From positions 261,701-325,700 of the forward strand of contig CAWCXQ010000019.1 in the NCBI GenBank assembly GCA_963799675.1: a stretch of 64,000 nucleotides of DNA. Direction: 5' to 3'. Below, one piece after another: positions 22,316-32,464 of this stretch (position 1 is the stretch's first letter; every line of letters starts with the position of its first letter). The notes below the pieces were generated by a model, which was given only the letters and a program-made list of their open reading frames with translations, searched no databases and was not told the origin of the DNA. This DNA is from an uncultured Chloroflexia bacterium (GTDB taxonomy: Bacteria > Chloroflexota > Limnocylindria > QHBO01). The translations under genes were made by a program, and so were the position numbers.

Positions 22316-22948
22316 TCAGCGCCAGGGGATGATGCTCGGCAAGGTCCCCGGGCCACTCCGGCCGCCGCGCGCAATGTTGAATGCGAACGCAACGATCGCT
22401 CCGATGGCGATCAGCCAGAGGCCGACGCTCACGCTCGCGGTGGCGTAGCCGAACGCCTGTCGGTCGAATGCGCTGGCGGCGGCGCCAACCCGCCCAAGAT
22501 TGATCCAGAAGACGAGCAGCGCGACGAGGCTCAGCAGGCCGACCGCCACACGATTGAACTCACTGGCGCCTTCCCGACCGATGACCGCCAGCGCACCGAT
22601 GCCGAGGCCGAGCACGAGCGTGATCCAACCGTCGCCCCCGCCCTGGACCCCGCTGAAGGCCTGCCAGCTGCCATCGACCGAGCTGACGGTGAGCCACGGC
22701 AGGAGCGACCCGAGCACGATCAGCGCGGCGCCGCCGACCACCGACCTCACCGCACGGGGAACGGATCGATACCACGCAAATGACTCCGTCGTGCCCGATG
22801 GCGTCGAGGGTGCCGCGGCCGCGACCGCTTCGCGTCCGGCGGCCGCGCCCCAGAAATCGTGGGCGCACGCCGCACAGAACCGGATGGGCCCGTCCTTTGC
22901 GGCACCGCAGCTGGGGCAGTAGGCGATAGGTGGTACGCGAGCGGCCAT
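22316..22948 (-). CDS. Zinc-ribbon domain membrane protein
   Basis: Intact 210-aa ORF. N-terminal 'CPSCGAAKDGPIRFCAACAHDF' zinc ribbon followed by four predicted TM helices. Confidence 0.65.
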   Translation of the reverse strand: MAARVPPIAYCPSCGAAKDGPIRFCAACAHDFWGAAAGREAVAAAAPSTPSGTTESFAWYRSVPRAVRSVVGGAALIVLGSLLPWLTVSSVDGSWQAFSGVQGGGDGWITLVLGLGIGALAVIGREGASEFNRVAVGLLSLVALLVFWINLGRVGAAASAFDRQAFGYATASVSVGLWLIAIGAIVAFAFNIARGGRSGPGTLPSIIPWR

Positions 22949-23055
22949 GACGTGAGGCTACGCTTCGTCGCCCACCTGGCGAGTGGCCCGATGGGACTAT
23001 CTCGCCCGGGCCAGAAGCCGCACCTGGCCGCCGGTGTTGACTGCACGCGTCTACG

Positions 23056-24238
23056 ATGCGAGGCAGCGTGACCCGGCATCGTCCTGGCACCGAAGCTGGC
23101 TTCTTCCGGCTGGGGGTGAACTACTGGCCGGCTCGCACCGCCATGTACTGGTGGGACGATGTCAGACCTGCAGAGACCGATCGCGACATGGCCCGCATCG
23201 CGGACCTTGGGCTGGAGGAGGTCCGTATCTTCTTACTCTGGGAAGCCTTCCAGCCGCGGCCGGACCGCGTGTCGGACGAGGCGCTCCTCTCGCTCGAGAC
23301 GGTCCTAGGGTCAGCGGAGCGGCATGGCGTCGTCCTCGTCCTGAGCCTCTTTTGCGGCCACATGAGCGGGGCCAACTGGCTTCCTGCTTGGGTCATCGAC
23401 CCGACGGCATCGTCGATCTTTCGCACCTTGAGCCGTGGCCGCGTGGTGCCTGGTGCCGCGCGTGACATCTACGCGGATGCAGAGCTCCTCGATGCCCAGC
23501 TCTTCTTCGCCGAGCGGCTCGCGTCGAGGTTCGCCGGGCACCCGGCGCTCGCGGGCTGGGACCTTGGCAACGAGTTCTCGAATCTGCGCTGGCCCGCCGA
23601 TTCCGACCAGATCGCCCGATGGAGCACGCTTCTGACGGCGGCGCTGGCGCCGGCCGGGGTCCCGGTCACTGGCGGCCTCCACTCCCAGGACCTCGAGGAG
23701 GATCGGCGCATCCGACTCAGCTCGATTGCCGGCCCGTGGCACGAGGTGGCGATGCACGGGTACCCGCTCTACAGCTCGGCCGCCACTGCGGCGGACGACC
23801 CCGACTGGGTGCCCTTCCTCACTGCTACGGCCGCCCGCATGGCCGGCAAGCGGGTGGAGGCCCAGGAGTTCGGTCTTCCTGATCACGAGCTCGGGGAGGA
23901 CCGCGTGGCTCGCTACGCGGACCGCGTTCTGCGGAGGCTGTGGCGCACTGGCGCGACAGGGGCAGCATGGTGGTGCTTCAGCGACTACGAACCTGCATTG
24001 GCAAGGTTGCCGCCCGTTCGACCGTGCGGCGCACGAGCTGCACTTTGGCCTCGTCCGGGCCGATGGCAGGCCCAAGCCGGTTGCCGATGTGTGGCGTCGC
24101 TTCGGTCGGCGAGCCGCGATCATTTCGCCCGGCTTCGACGGCCCTGACGAGCCGACGTGGTACCAAGGGCTTCCTCGGACGCTCCACGAGGCGTACGCCA
24201 CCTGGCGGGCGACCGCGGACGACCGATTGCTGGCTTGA
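23056..24238 (+). pseudogene. GH5-like (cellulase/mannanase-type TIM barrel) glycoside hydrolase, one frame break near 24010
   Basis: 'LGVNYWP', 'DMARIADLGLEEVRIFLLWEAFQP', 'GWDLGNEFSN' (catalytic NE). The tail 'FDRAAHELHFGLVRADGRPKPVADVW...' continues in ORF 23726-24238. Confidence 0.65.
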
Positions 24239-24276
24239 CGAGAGGGGGATCATGTAGCCCCGAGCCACACTTCAAA

Positions 24277-24300
24277 CCGCGGTGGAATGGAACACCGCGG
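24277..24300 (+). terminator. Perfect 8-bp stem hairpin (CCGCGGTG-N8-CACCGCGG) 39 nt after the GH5-like stop; possible T-tract-less terminator
   Basis: The inverted repeat was read directly. A second 6-bp stem (GTGCCC-cgcga-GGGCAC) lies near 24361-24378. No U-tract, so function is uncertain. Confidence 0.25.
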
Positions 24301-24430
24301 AGATGGAGGCCCCTGTGGCCATCGATGCCGGCCTGGCGCTCCCGCCCGAGAACCGCCGCCGTGCCCCGCGAGGGCACGGGTGCCAGCCGTGGGCGCAATG
24401 ACAGCGGTCAAACCGGGAAGAGGTAAGCAG

Positions 24431-25754
24431 ATGTCTCGTACGTGGCTCCGACTTGGCAATCTGGCAGTCGCCCTGATCCTGGTGCTCGCTGCCTGCACCT
24501 CCGGAGGCAGCAGCGGAGCCCCGGCCGGCAGCGCAGCCGCGGCCAAGGGCCCGATCAAGATCTGGTACTCGAACAACGCGGAGGAGGTCGCCTGGGGCAA
24601 GGCGATGGTCGCGGCCTGGAACGCGGCCCACGCCGACGAGAAGGTCACCGGCGCAGGAGATCCCGGCCGGCAAGAGCTCCGAGGAGGTCATCGGCGCGGC
24701 GATCACCGCCGGCAACGCGCCGTGCCTGGTCTTCAACACCGCGCCGGCCGCGGTGCCGCAGTTCCAGAAGCAGGGCGGCCTGGTCGCGCTCGACGACTTC
24801 GCCGACGGCGGCGAGCTACATCAAGGACGCGCACCGGCGACCGCGCCGACCAGTACAAGTCGCCGGACGGCAAGTTCTACCAGATGCCGTGGAAGTCGAA
24901 CCCGGTGATGATCTTCTACAACAAGGACCTGTTCACGAAGGCCGGCCTCGACCCGGACAACCCGCCGCTGGCGACCTACGACGAGTTCCTCGCGACCGCG
25001 CAAGAAGCTCGTCGCCAAGGGCGGCGCGCAGGCGGCCATCTGGCCCGCGCCGACGCAGCGAGTTCTTCCAGTCCTGGTTCGACTTCTACCCGCTCTACGC
25101 CGCGCAGACCGGCGGCAAGCAGCTGGTCGAGGACGGCAAGGCCACGTTCAACGACCCGAGGCCGGCAGGCGGTCGGCGAACTTCTGGAAGCAGCATGTAC
25201 GACGACGAAGCTGGCACCGCAAGGAGGCGTACCAGCGGTGACTCGTTCGCCGACAGGAAGGCGGCCATGGCGATCGTCGGCCCGTGGGCCATCGCGGTCT
25301 ACAAGGGCAAGGTCGAACTGGGGCGCCGTCCCGGTGCCGACCAAGGACGGCATGGACCGCGAGCAGACGTCCACACCTTCACCGACGCGAAGAACGATCG
25401 GCATGTACTCGCGCCTGCAAGAACCAGGGGACCGCCTGGGACGTCCTGAAGTTCGCCACCAGCAAGGAGCAGGACGGCACAGCTGCTCGACGCTGACCGG
25501 CCAGATGCCGATGCGCACGGACCTGCCGACCGACCTACCCGGACTACTTCACAGAAGAACCCGGAGTACCAGCTGTTCGCCGACCAGGCCGCGCCGCACC
25601 GTCGAGGTGCCGAACGTGCCCGAACTCGGTCGAGATCTGGCAGACCTTCCGCGACCGCGTACACGCGAGTCGGTGATCTTCGGCAAGACGCCGATCGACG
25701 ACGGCCTTCAAGGACGCGCCGACAAGATCAACGACGCTCGTCAGCGGGAGCTGA
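24431..25754 (+). pseudogene. CUT1 ABC substrate-binding lipoprotein, more than 20 frame switches
   Basis: Starts 'MSRTWLRLGNLAVALILVLAACTSGG' (lipobox). Recognisable SBP peptides ('SPDGKFYQMPWKSNPVMIFYNKDLFTKAGLDPDNPP', 'EFFQSWFDFYPLYAAQTGGKQLVEDGKATFNDP', 'GDSFADRKAAMAIVGPWAIAVYKGKV', 'ACKNQGTAWDVLKFATSKEQDG') hop between all three frames. Ends '...LVSGS*' with TGA at 25752-25754. Confidence 0.75.
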
Positions 25755-25757
25755 TCG

Positions 25758-26679
25758 ATGGCCGGTCGCTGCCGCCGGACGCGCGGCGGCGCGGATGCGC
25801 AGGCCTGATCGGGCGCGCAGCCGCTCGGCTACTGCTTCGTCGCCGCCCGTACGTCGTCTTCCTCGCGGCGTCTTCGCCTACCCGCTGCGGCTGCGCGGTC
25901 TAGATCTCGCTTCCACGACTACTTCTTCGCCGCGCCGGGCGCGATGGTGGACCGGCCGTTCGTCGGGCTGCGACAACTACACAGCCGTCCTCGACCGACC
26001 CGGCCGTCCAGCGGTCGTTCCTCAACGTCGGCGACTTCCTGGTCATCAACGTGCCGCTGACCGTGGTGCTCTCGCTGGTGCTGGCCACCGCGCTGAACGC
26101 CGCGCTCCCGTTCCGGACGTTCTTCCGGGTCGCCTACTACGTGCCCGTACGTGACGGCGAGCGTCGCCGTGGTCGGCGTCTGGCTGTTCCTGTTCAGCGC
26201 GACGGGCTGGTCAACAGCGTGCTCGGCCCGCTCGCGCCGAACCCGTCCTGGCTGGTCAACAGCATCTGGCGATGCCGATCATCGCGCTGTTCGTGACCTG
26301 GAAGCAGCTCGGCTTCTTCATCCTGCTCTACCTCGCCGCGCTGCAGAACATGCCGAAGGAGCTCTACGAGTCGGCGGCGGTCGACGGCGCCGGGCGTCGT
26401 GCAGTCGCTTCCTGGACGTCACCGTGCCGGGGGTGCGGCCGGCGACCACGCTGGTCGTGATCCTGGCCACCATCACCGGCGCCAACCTGTTCACCGAGCC
26501 CTACCTGCTGACCGGCGGCGGCGGCCCGAACGGCGCGTCGACGTCGCCGGTGCTGCTGATGTACCAGCAGGGCATCGAGCAGGGCACGCCGGCTATCGCC
26601 TCCGCGATCGGCGTGATGCTGGTGATCGGGGTGCATGGTCATCTCGCTGGTCAACCGCTTCGTGCTGGAGAGGGAGTAA
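25758..26679 (+). pseudogene. Sugar ABC permease (MalF-like), many frame switches
   Basis: Fragments 'FLVINVPLTVVLSLVLATALNAALPFRTFFRVAYYVP', 'MPIIALFVTWKQLGFFILLYLAALQNMPKELYESAAVDGAG', 'RPATTLVVILATITGANLFTEPYLLTGGGGPNGASTSPVLLMYQQGIEQG' are spread over three frames. TAA at 26677-26679. Confidence 0.7.
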
Positions 26680-26681
26680 CC

Positions 26682-27583
26682 ATGGCCACGTCCGTCGCCA
26701 AGGAACGAGCGTCGGCCGGGATCAGCCGACGCGACCCGCGCCGATCGCTTCTCGTGGGGCCGGCTGGCGGGCCTCGCCGTGCTGGTGCTCGGCGCGCTCG
26801 TCTTCCTGTTCCCCTTCTACTACATGGTGGTCGGCTCGCTGCAGCGCGAACCCGACACCGACGTCACGGGCGCGTTCCCGAACCCGGCCAACCTGACGCT
26901 CGCACAACTACGGCGACATCAACGCCGCAGGTCGACCTGGTGCGCATCGCTGCTCAACTCGGGCATCTTCACCGGCGGCGTCCTGCTGGCACGGTGGTCT
27001 TCGGCGTGCTGGCCGGCTACGCGCTGGCGCGGCTGCACTTCCGCGGCCGCGGCACCTGTTCGCCGCGATGCTGCTGGTCCTGGTCGTGCCGTTCCAGCTG
27101 CTGATGATCCCGCTCTACGTGCTGATCGTGCGCACTACGGGCTGGCCGACACCTACCTCGGGATGATCCTGCCGTTCGCGATCAACTCCACCGCGGTCTT
27201 CATCTTCCGGCAGTTCTTCCTGCAGCTGCCGCGACGAGCTGTTCGAGGCCGCCCGCATCGACGGCGCCGGCGAGCTGCGCGATCCTGTGGTCGGATCGCC
27301 CTGCCGCTGGTCGCGGCCGGCGCTGCTCACCGCCGTGCTGCTGACCTTCATCGGGCCGTGGAACGAGTTCCTGTGGCCGTTCCTGGTCACCAAGCAGCAC
27401 GATCTGCAGCCGCTCGCGGTGGCGCTGGCCAACTACATCTCCACCGTCGCCGTCCGGGCGGCCAACCCGTTCGGCGCGATCCTGGCCGGCGCCGTCGTGC
27501 TGGCCATCCCGGCCGTCGTCCTCTTCGTCGTCTTCCAGCGGCAGTTCATCGAGTCGAACCTCGGCTCCGGGGTGAAGGGGTAA
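26682..27583 (+). pseudogene. Sugar ABC permease (MalG-like), many frame switches
   Basis: 'LVLGALVFLFPFYYMVVGSLQREPD', 'YLGMILPFAINSTAVFIFRQFFLQLP', 'LLTAVLLTFIGPWNEFLWPFLVTKQHDLQPLAVALANY...FQRQFIESNLGSGVKG*'. Only the last ~270 nt are in one uninterrupted frame. Confidence 0.7.
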
Positions 27584-27610
27584 GGCGGCGGCGGGCTGCC
27601 CGCGACGCAG

Positions 27611-28720
27611 ATGACCGCGATCGACCGAGGAGATGCCCGGGCGGTCGCCGCACCCCCGTTCGTCCTGGAGCGGCTCGGGATCGTCATGTCGCCGCTCGCC
27701 GACGAGCCGAGCGAGGCCGGCGGTGTGCTCAATCCCGCATCGGCGCATCGAGATGGCGAGGCCTACCTCTTCCCCCGCCTGGTGGCCGAGGGCAACTACT
27801 CGCGGATCGGGCGGGCGCGGATCGTCTTCGACCAGGCGGGGACGCCGGTCGACGTCGAGCGCCTGGGAGTCGTGCTCGAGCCGGACGAGCCTTGGGAGCT
27901 GCACGCCGGAGGCGGAGGGGTAGAGGACCCGCGGATCACGTACCTGCCTCGGCTTGAGCGGTGGGTGATGACGTACACCGCCTTCGGGCCGCTCGGGCCG
28001 CGCATCTGCCTCGCAGCGTCGGCCGATCTCGAGCGCTGGGATCGGCTCGGGCCTGCCTCCTTTGGCTACGAGCCGGAGCTGGCGACCGACCTGAACCTGT
28101 ATCCCAACAAGGACGCGATCCTCTTCCCGGAGCCTGTGACCGACCCGAGCGGGGACCGCGCCTACGCGATGCTCCATCGTCCCATGTGGGATCTCGCGTT
28201 GGCCCGACCCGGCGAGGGCGAGCCACTCCCGGCCGGCCTCGCCGATCCGCGCCCGGGAATCTGGGTCAGCTTCGTCGACGCGCGCCGCGTGGAGGCGGAC
28301 GCGCGGTCGCTGACGCGGCTCGAACGGCACCGTCTCGTCGCACTCCCTGAGCAGCCCTGGGAGAGCCTAAAGATCGGTGCCGGCGCTCCGCCGGTGCGCG
28401 TCGCAGAGGGCTGGCTGCTCGTCTATCACGGTGTCTCGGGCACGCCCAGCCGAGACTTGGTCGCGCAGCCGGACGTCCGCTACAGCGCGGGCGCGCTGAT
28501 CCTGGACGCCGACGACGTCACAAGGGTCGTGGCTCGATCGTCGGAGCCGATCCTCGAGCCCGGTCTCGCCGAAGAGCTGACGGGCATCGTGCCGAACGTC
28601 GTCTTTCCGACCGCCATCGAGCCTGCACGGTCGGGAGGGGACGATCACGACGTCTACTACGGCATGGCCGATGCGCGCATCGGCGTGGCCCGCCTGCGGC
28701 GGACCGGGCCGGCGCAATGA
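27611..28720 (+). CDS. Glycoside hydrolase family 130-like (beta-mannoside phosphorylase/DUF377 fold)
   Basis: Intact 369-aa ORF. 'GVLNPA', 'GGVEDPRITYL', 'MTYTAFG', 'NKDAILFPE', 'IGAGAPPVRV..GWLLVYHGV', 'YSAGALILD', 'VVFPT', 'VYYGMAD' blocks are typical of the five-bladed GH130 propeller. Confidence 0.7.
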   Translation: MTAIDRGDARAVAAPPFVLERLGIVMSPLADEPSEAGGVLNPASAHRDGEAYLFPRLVAEGNYSRIGRARIVFDQAGTPVDVERLGVVLEPDEPWELHAGGGGVEDPRITYLPRLERWVMTYTAFGPLGPRICLAASADLERWDRLGPASFGYEPELATDLNLYPNKDAILFPEPVTDPSGDRAYAMLHRPMWDLALARPGEGEPLPAGLADPRPGIWVSFVDARRVEADARSLTRLERHRLVALPEQPWESLKIGAGAPPVRVAEGWLLVYHGVSGTPSRDLVAQPDVRYSAGALILDADDVTRVVARSSEPILEPGLAEELTGIVPNVVFPTAIEPARSGGDDHDVYYGMADARIGVARLRRTGPAQ

Positions 28721-29949
28721 CCGGGTCCACGCCCGCCCCGCTCGGGCTGGGACTCGTCGGTTGCGGACGCTTCGGCAGCTTCTGCCTCGCGGCGGCGGCC
28801 GATCTTCCCGGCACAGCGGTCATTGCGGTCACCGACGTCGATCCAGAGCGCGCCGCGAGCGTCGCTGCCGCGCACGAGGCTCGCGCAGTCGCCGACGTCG
28901 CGGCCCTGCTGGCCGAGGCCGGGATCGATCTCGTCATCATCGCCACGCCCCCGGTGGCGCATGGCCCGATCGCCCGCGCCGCCGCCGAAGCCGGCAAGCA
29001 CGTGTTCTGCGAGAAGCCGCTGGCCACCGATCTGGCCGCCGCGAGGGAAGTGCTCGAGGCCACCGAGCGCGGAGGAGTGCTGCTCTCGGTGGACTACGTC
29101 ATGCGCTGGAACCCGCTGTACTGGCTGGTTCATCGGCTCCAGGGGCTGCGACGGAGGGCTGGTGGCGCGCTGTTCGGGCCGTTGCAGCGGTTCGCGCTGG
29201 AGAACCTTGCCGGCGACGAGCAGGTGCCGGCCGGCCACTGGTTCTGGGATCGCAGCCTGAGCGGAGGGATCTTCGTCGAGCACGGCGTCCATTTCTTTGA
29301 CGCCGCGGCATGGCTGTTCGGCAGCCACCCCCGCCTCGTCCAGGCGCTGCAGCTGGATGACGCGGACAACCCGACCGACACGGTGATTGCCAATGCTGTG
29401 CATCCCGGCGGCGGAACCGCCAGCTACTACCACGCCTTCACCCATCCAGACGCGGCCGAGTTCCAGACGACGCTCCTCGACTGGGGCTTTGCGCACGGGG
29501 TGCTGCGCGGCTGGATCCCGGTCGAGCTCGCGCTCGAGGCCTGGACCGATGCCGAAGGCGTCGCGCTCCTCGAGACGTGCCTCGCAGACTCCGCGGCCGC
29601 CCTTGCGGTCCCGCACGTGCGCCCGTCCGGGCGCGAATCAATCGAGGTGCGCGTGACCGAGGTCGCCCAGGCTGGGACGTGGCGCGCCCGCGACGGGGCG
29701 CGCGAGGTGACGCACCGCGTGGAGGTGGGTGCCACGCTGGGCGGACCCGCCGCGAAGATAGCGATCTACCGCGAGAGCGTGCGCGCCGGCGTGGCGGACC
29801 TGGTCGAAGCGGTGCGCACCGGGGCGGCGCCGGCAATCGGCTTCGCAGACATCTACGGGAGCCTTGCCGCGGCCCTCGCGGCCCAGCAGGCCGCCGACGC
29901 GGGCAGCGCTCGTGAGCCCGAGCAACTTGAGGAGAGGACCTTCGCATGA
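28717..29949 (+). CDS. Gfo/Idh/MocA family oxidoreductase
   Basis: Intact 410-aa ORF whose start overlaps the upstream stop by 4 nt. 'LGLVGCGRFG', 'DLVIIATPPVAHGPIARAAAEAGKHVFCEKPLA'. Confidence 0.8.
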   Translation: MTGSTPAPLGLGLVGCGRFGSFCLAAAADLPGTAVIAVTDVDPERAASVAAAHEARAVADVAALLAEAGIDLVIIATPPVAHGPIARAAAEAGKHVFCEKPLATDLAAAREVLEATERGGVLLSVDYVMRWNPLYWLVHRLQGLRRRAGGALFGPLQRFALENLAGDEQVPAGHWFWDRSLSGGIFVEHGVHFFDAAAWLFGSHPRLVQALQLDDADNPTDTVIANAVHPGGGTASYYHAFTHPDAAEFQTTLLDWGFAHGVLRGWIPVELALEAWTDAEGVALLETCLADSAAALAVPHVRPSGRESIEVRVTEVAQAGTWRARDGAREVTHRVEVGATLGGPAAKIAIYRESVRAGVADLVEAVRTGAAPAIGFADIYGSLAAALAAQQAADAGSAREPEQLEERTFA

Positions 29950-32003
29950 CCACCCGATCTGTCGATCACCGCGCGCTGGCGGCGCTCGCCACGTTCTCAC
30001 TGCTGCTGGGTCTCGTCTCGGTGGGGCCCGTGCGGGCCGTACCGACACCACTCACGAACCTCGCCCACCTCGATTTCCTGGGCGACGCGGTCACGCCGCC
30101 ATCCCAGGCCGACCACACGACCTACCGCCTCGCCGAGGAGCCGAGCCTCCGCGTCCTGTGGACGTATGCCGAGCCGGACTCGACGGCTGTTGGCGGCTAT
30201 CGCCGCCTCGGCGGCGGGACCTACGACCCCGACACGAACACCTATGGCCAGGGCGCCTTCAACACCGACGACCTCACGAGGGCATCGGTGGTCTACCTCC
30301 GCCACTGGCGCCTCTTCGATGACGCCCACAGCCGCGACGCCGCTTATGGCCTGCTCCGCGCGGTGACCTACATGCAGACCATCAGTGCCGACGCGCGGAA
30401 CGGAAACTTCGTCCTCTGGATGCAGCCGGACGGCACCCTCAACCGCAGCGCGATCCCCGAGGAGAACCCCCACCCATCGGACTCGGGACCGTCGTACTGG
30501 CTGGCGCGGGGCATCTGGGCGCTGGGTGAGGGCTACGAGGCGTTTCGTGACGCGCCCGGCTTCGCCGACTTCGCCGCCTTCCTGCACGACCGCCTGGACC
30601 TCGCGCTTGACGCCCTGGATCGCCAGGTGCTCGTGAACTATGGATCGCACCGGCTGCTCGACGGCGCGCAGATGCCGGCCTGGTTGGTCGTCGACGGCGC
30701 AGATGCGAGCTCCGAGGCGGTCTACGGCCTGTCCGCCCTGGTTCGTGCCACGCCGACCGATGCGCGCGCTCGCCTCGACCTCGCGCACCTGGCCGAAGGG
30801 CTGGCCCAGATGCGCCTCTCCGACGATGCGTCGAACTGGCCGTTTGGGGCGATCCTGCCCTGGGCCGGGTCGCGATCGGACTGGCACGCCTGGGGAGACC
30901 AGATGGCCGGCGCACTTGCGACCGCCGGTGCTGCGCTCGAGGATCAGAGCTTCGTCCAGACGGCCGTGGCCGAGGTAGCGAGCTTCACGCCGCACCTCAT
31001 CGCGCAGGGTGGCGCGGAGCAGGGCTGGCTGCCGGCGCCGGCGGAGCGGGCGCAGATTGCCTACGGTGCCGATGCCACTCTCCAGAACCTGCTGCGCACC
31101 GCCGATGCCAGCGGGCTCGACGGCTTCCGCCAGCTGGCGGCCGTGCAGGCCGCGTGGTACTTCGGCAACAACCGCTCGGGCGTGTCGATGTATGACCCCG
31201 CGACCGGGGCGACGTTCGATGGCCTCGAGGCGGATGGACGGATCAACCACAACAGCGGCGCGGAGAGCACGATCCACGGGCTCCTCTCGATGCTGGCCCT
31301 GGATGCGCGCCCGGACGTGGCCATGGCCGCGACCGCGCGCAACGAACGGGTCGAGCAGCTGAGCTGGACGCTGCTCGAGGCGGAGGCCGGCGCCCTTCGT
31401 GGTGCCGCGCGGGTCGTCACCCCGGCGAGCGCATGGACCGGCGAGAGCCTGTGGAGCAACGGCAACTACGTGGAGCTGCTGCCCGGTGGCCGCGTCACGA
31501 ATTCGGCGACAGTGGCGGAGGCTGGCCGCTATCGGCTCCTGCCGGTCTTCGATCACCAGGAGGCCGCGACCCGGTCCATCGGCACCCGCCATCGCTTCGG
31601 CAACGTGCCGCTCGGGATCCTCTGGCACGGCGGCGCGGGCGCCCCGGGCGCATCGCCGACCAGCGGCTACCTCGACATCGGCAATGTTGGCTCGGATCGC
31701 ATCCTTGCCGCGGGGCCTGTGGCCATCGAATCGGCATACGTTGGCGAGGGCCCCCCGGTACGGCTCGATGCGCTCCTGCTGCAACCCGAGATCGAGCGGC
31801 TGATGCTCGCCGGGGGCGGTGGCAGCCAGGGTCTGCTGCGGAGCTGGGCGACGCAGCGGCGGCTGGCGACGGTGGCTGCCGGCGTGGGCATGACGGCCTA
31901 TGCGTACGACGCTGGTGGCCACCTCGTCGAGACCGTCACTGGTTCCGGCAGCCTTGCAGTGCCGGTCGAGCCCTACGGCTTCACCTATCTCTCGGGTTCC
32001 TGA
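29946..32003 (+). CDS. Secreted protein of unknown function, possibly (alpha/alpha)6-barrel glycoside-hydrolase-like
   Basis: Intact 685-aa ORF with a 4-nt overlap on the upstream gene. Signal peptide 'LAALATFSLLLGLVSVGPVRA'. Helix-rich core with 'SYWLARGIWALGEGY' and 'NSGAESTIHGLLSML'. The fold assignment is only an impression. Confidence 0.6.
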   Translation: MTTRSVDHRALAALATFSLLLGLVSVGPVRAVPTPLTNLAHLDFLGDAVTPPSQADHTTYRLAEEPSLRVLWTYAEPDSTAVGGYRRLGGGTYDPDTNTYGQGAFNTDDLTRASVVYLRHWRLFDDAHSRDAAYGLLRAVTYMQTISADARNGNFVLWMQPDGTLNRSAIPEENPHPSDSGPSYWLARGIWALGEGYEAFRDAPGFADFAAFLHDRLDLALDALDRQVLVNYGSHRLLDGAQMPAWLVVDGADASSEAVYGLSALVRATPTDARARLDLAHLAEGLAQMRLSDDASNWPFGAILPWAGSRSDWHAWGDQMAGALATAGAALEDQSFVQTAVAEVASFTPHLIAQGGAEQGWLPAPAERAQIAYGADATLQNLLRTADASGLDGFRQLAAVQAAWYFGNNRSGVSMYDPATGATFDGLEADGRINHNSGAESTIHGLLSMLALDARPDVAMAATARNERVEQLSWTLLEAEAGALRGAARVVTPASAWTGESLWSNGNYVELLPGGRVTNSATVAEAGRYRLLPVFDHQEAATRSIGTRHRFGNVPLGILWHGGAGAPGASPTSGYLDIGNVGSDRILAAGPVAIESAYVGEGPPVRLDALLLQPEIERLMLAGGGGSQGLLRSWATQRRLATVAAGVGMTAYAYDAGGHLVETVTGSGSLAVPVEPYGFTYLSGS

Positions 32004-32040
32004 GACGATCCCGAACGCGAGATGCACCCCCGGGACGGGC

Positions 32041-32442
32041 TCAGCCCTGGCGCTTGAGCTTTCGCCACCCACCGGCTCGGTTGTTGGCGATGATCTCCCG
32101 GAACATCTGCGTCAGCGCCGGCGCGTTGATCGGCTCGCCCTGTCGAAACGCGATCATTCGGGCTGTCTTGTTGTCGTGCCCGGCGGTGATGATGCCGTCG
32201 GGATCCGGAACCATGGCACCGTCGTACAGGAACACGTTGACATGGTCCTTGGCTGCCAGCAGCGCGCAGATGTTGCCGTCGAGGACGAAATAGGGCTGGG
32301 TCGTGCGTTTGATCGTCTCGGCAACCTCGGGGTCCGCGGCATGCACGAGGTCTCGTACCCGGCGGCAGATCTCCTGCTGCCACTCCGGAAGCGCAGTGAT
32401 ATAGGCGTCGACTCGCGGATCGGCCCGGTAGGGAGGCGGCAT
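32041..32442 (-). CDS. DUF1801 (YdhG-like) domain protein
   Basis: Intact 133-aa ORF. 'VDAYITALPEWQQEICRRVRDLV', 'ETIKRTTQPYFVLDGNICALLAAKDHVNVFLYDG'. Confidence 0.65.
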   Translation of the reverse strand: MPPPYRADPRVDAYITALPEWQQEICRRVRDLVHAADPEVAETIKRTTQPYFVLDGNICALLAAKDHVNVFLYDGAMVPDPDGIITAGHDNKTARMIAFRQGEPINAPALTQMFREIIANNRAGGWRKLKRQG

Positions 32443-32464
32443 GGTGCGGACGGCGCGGAGCGGC

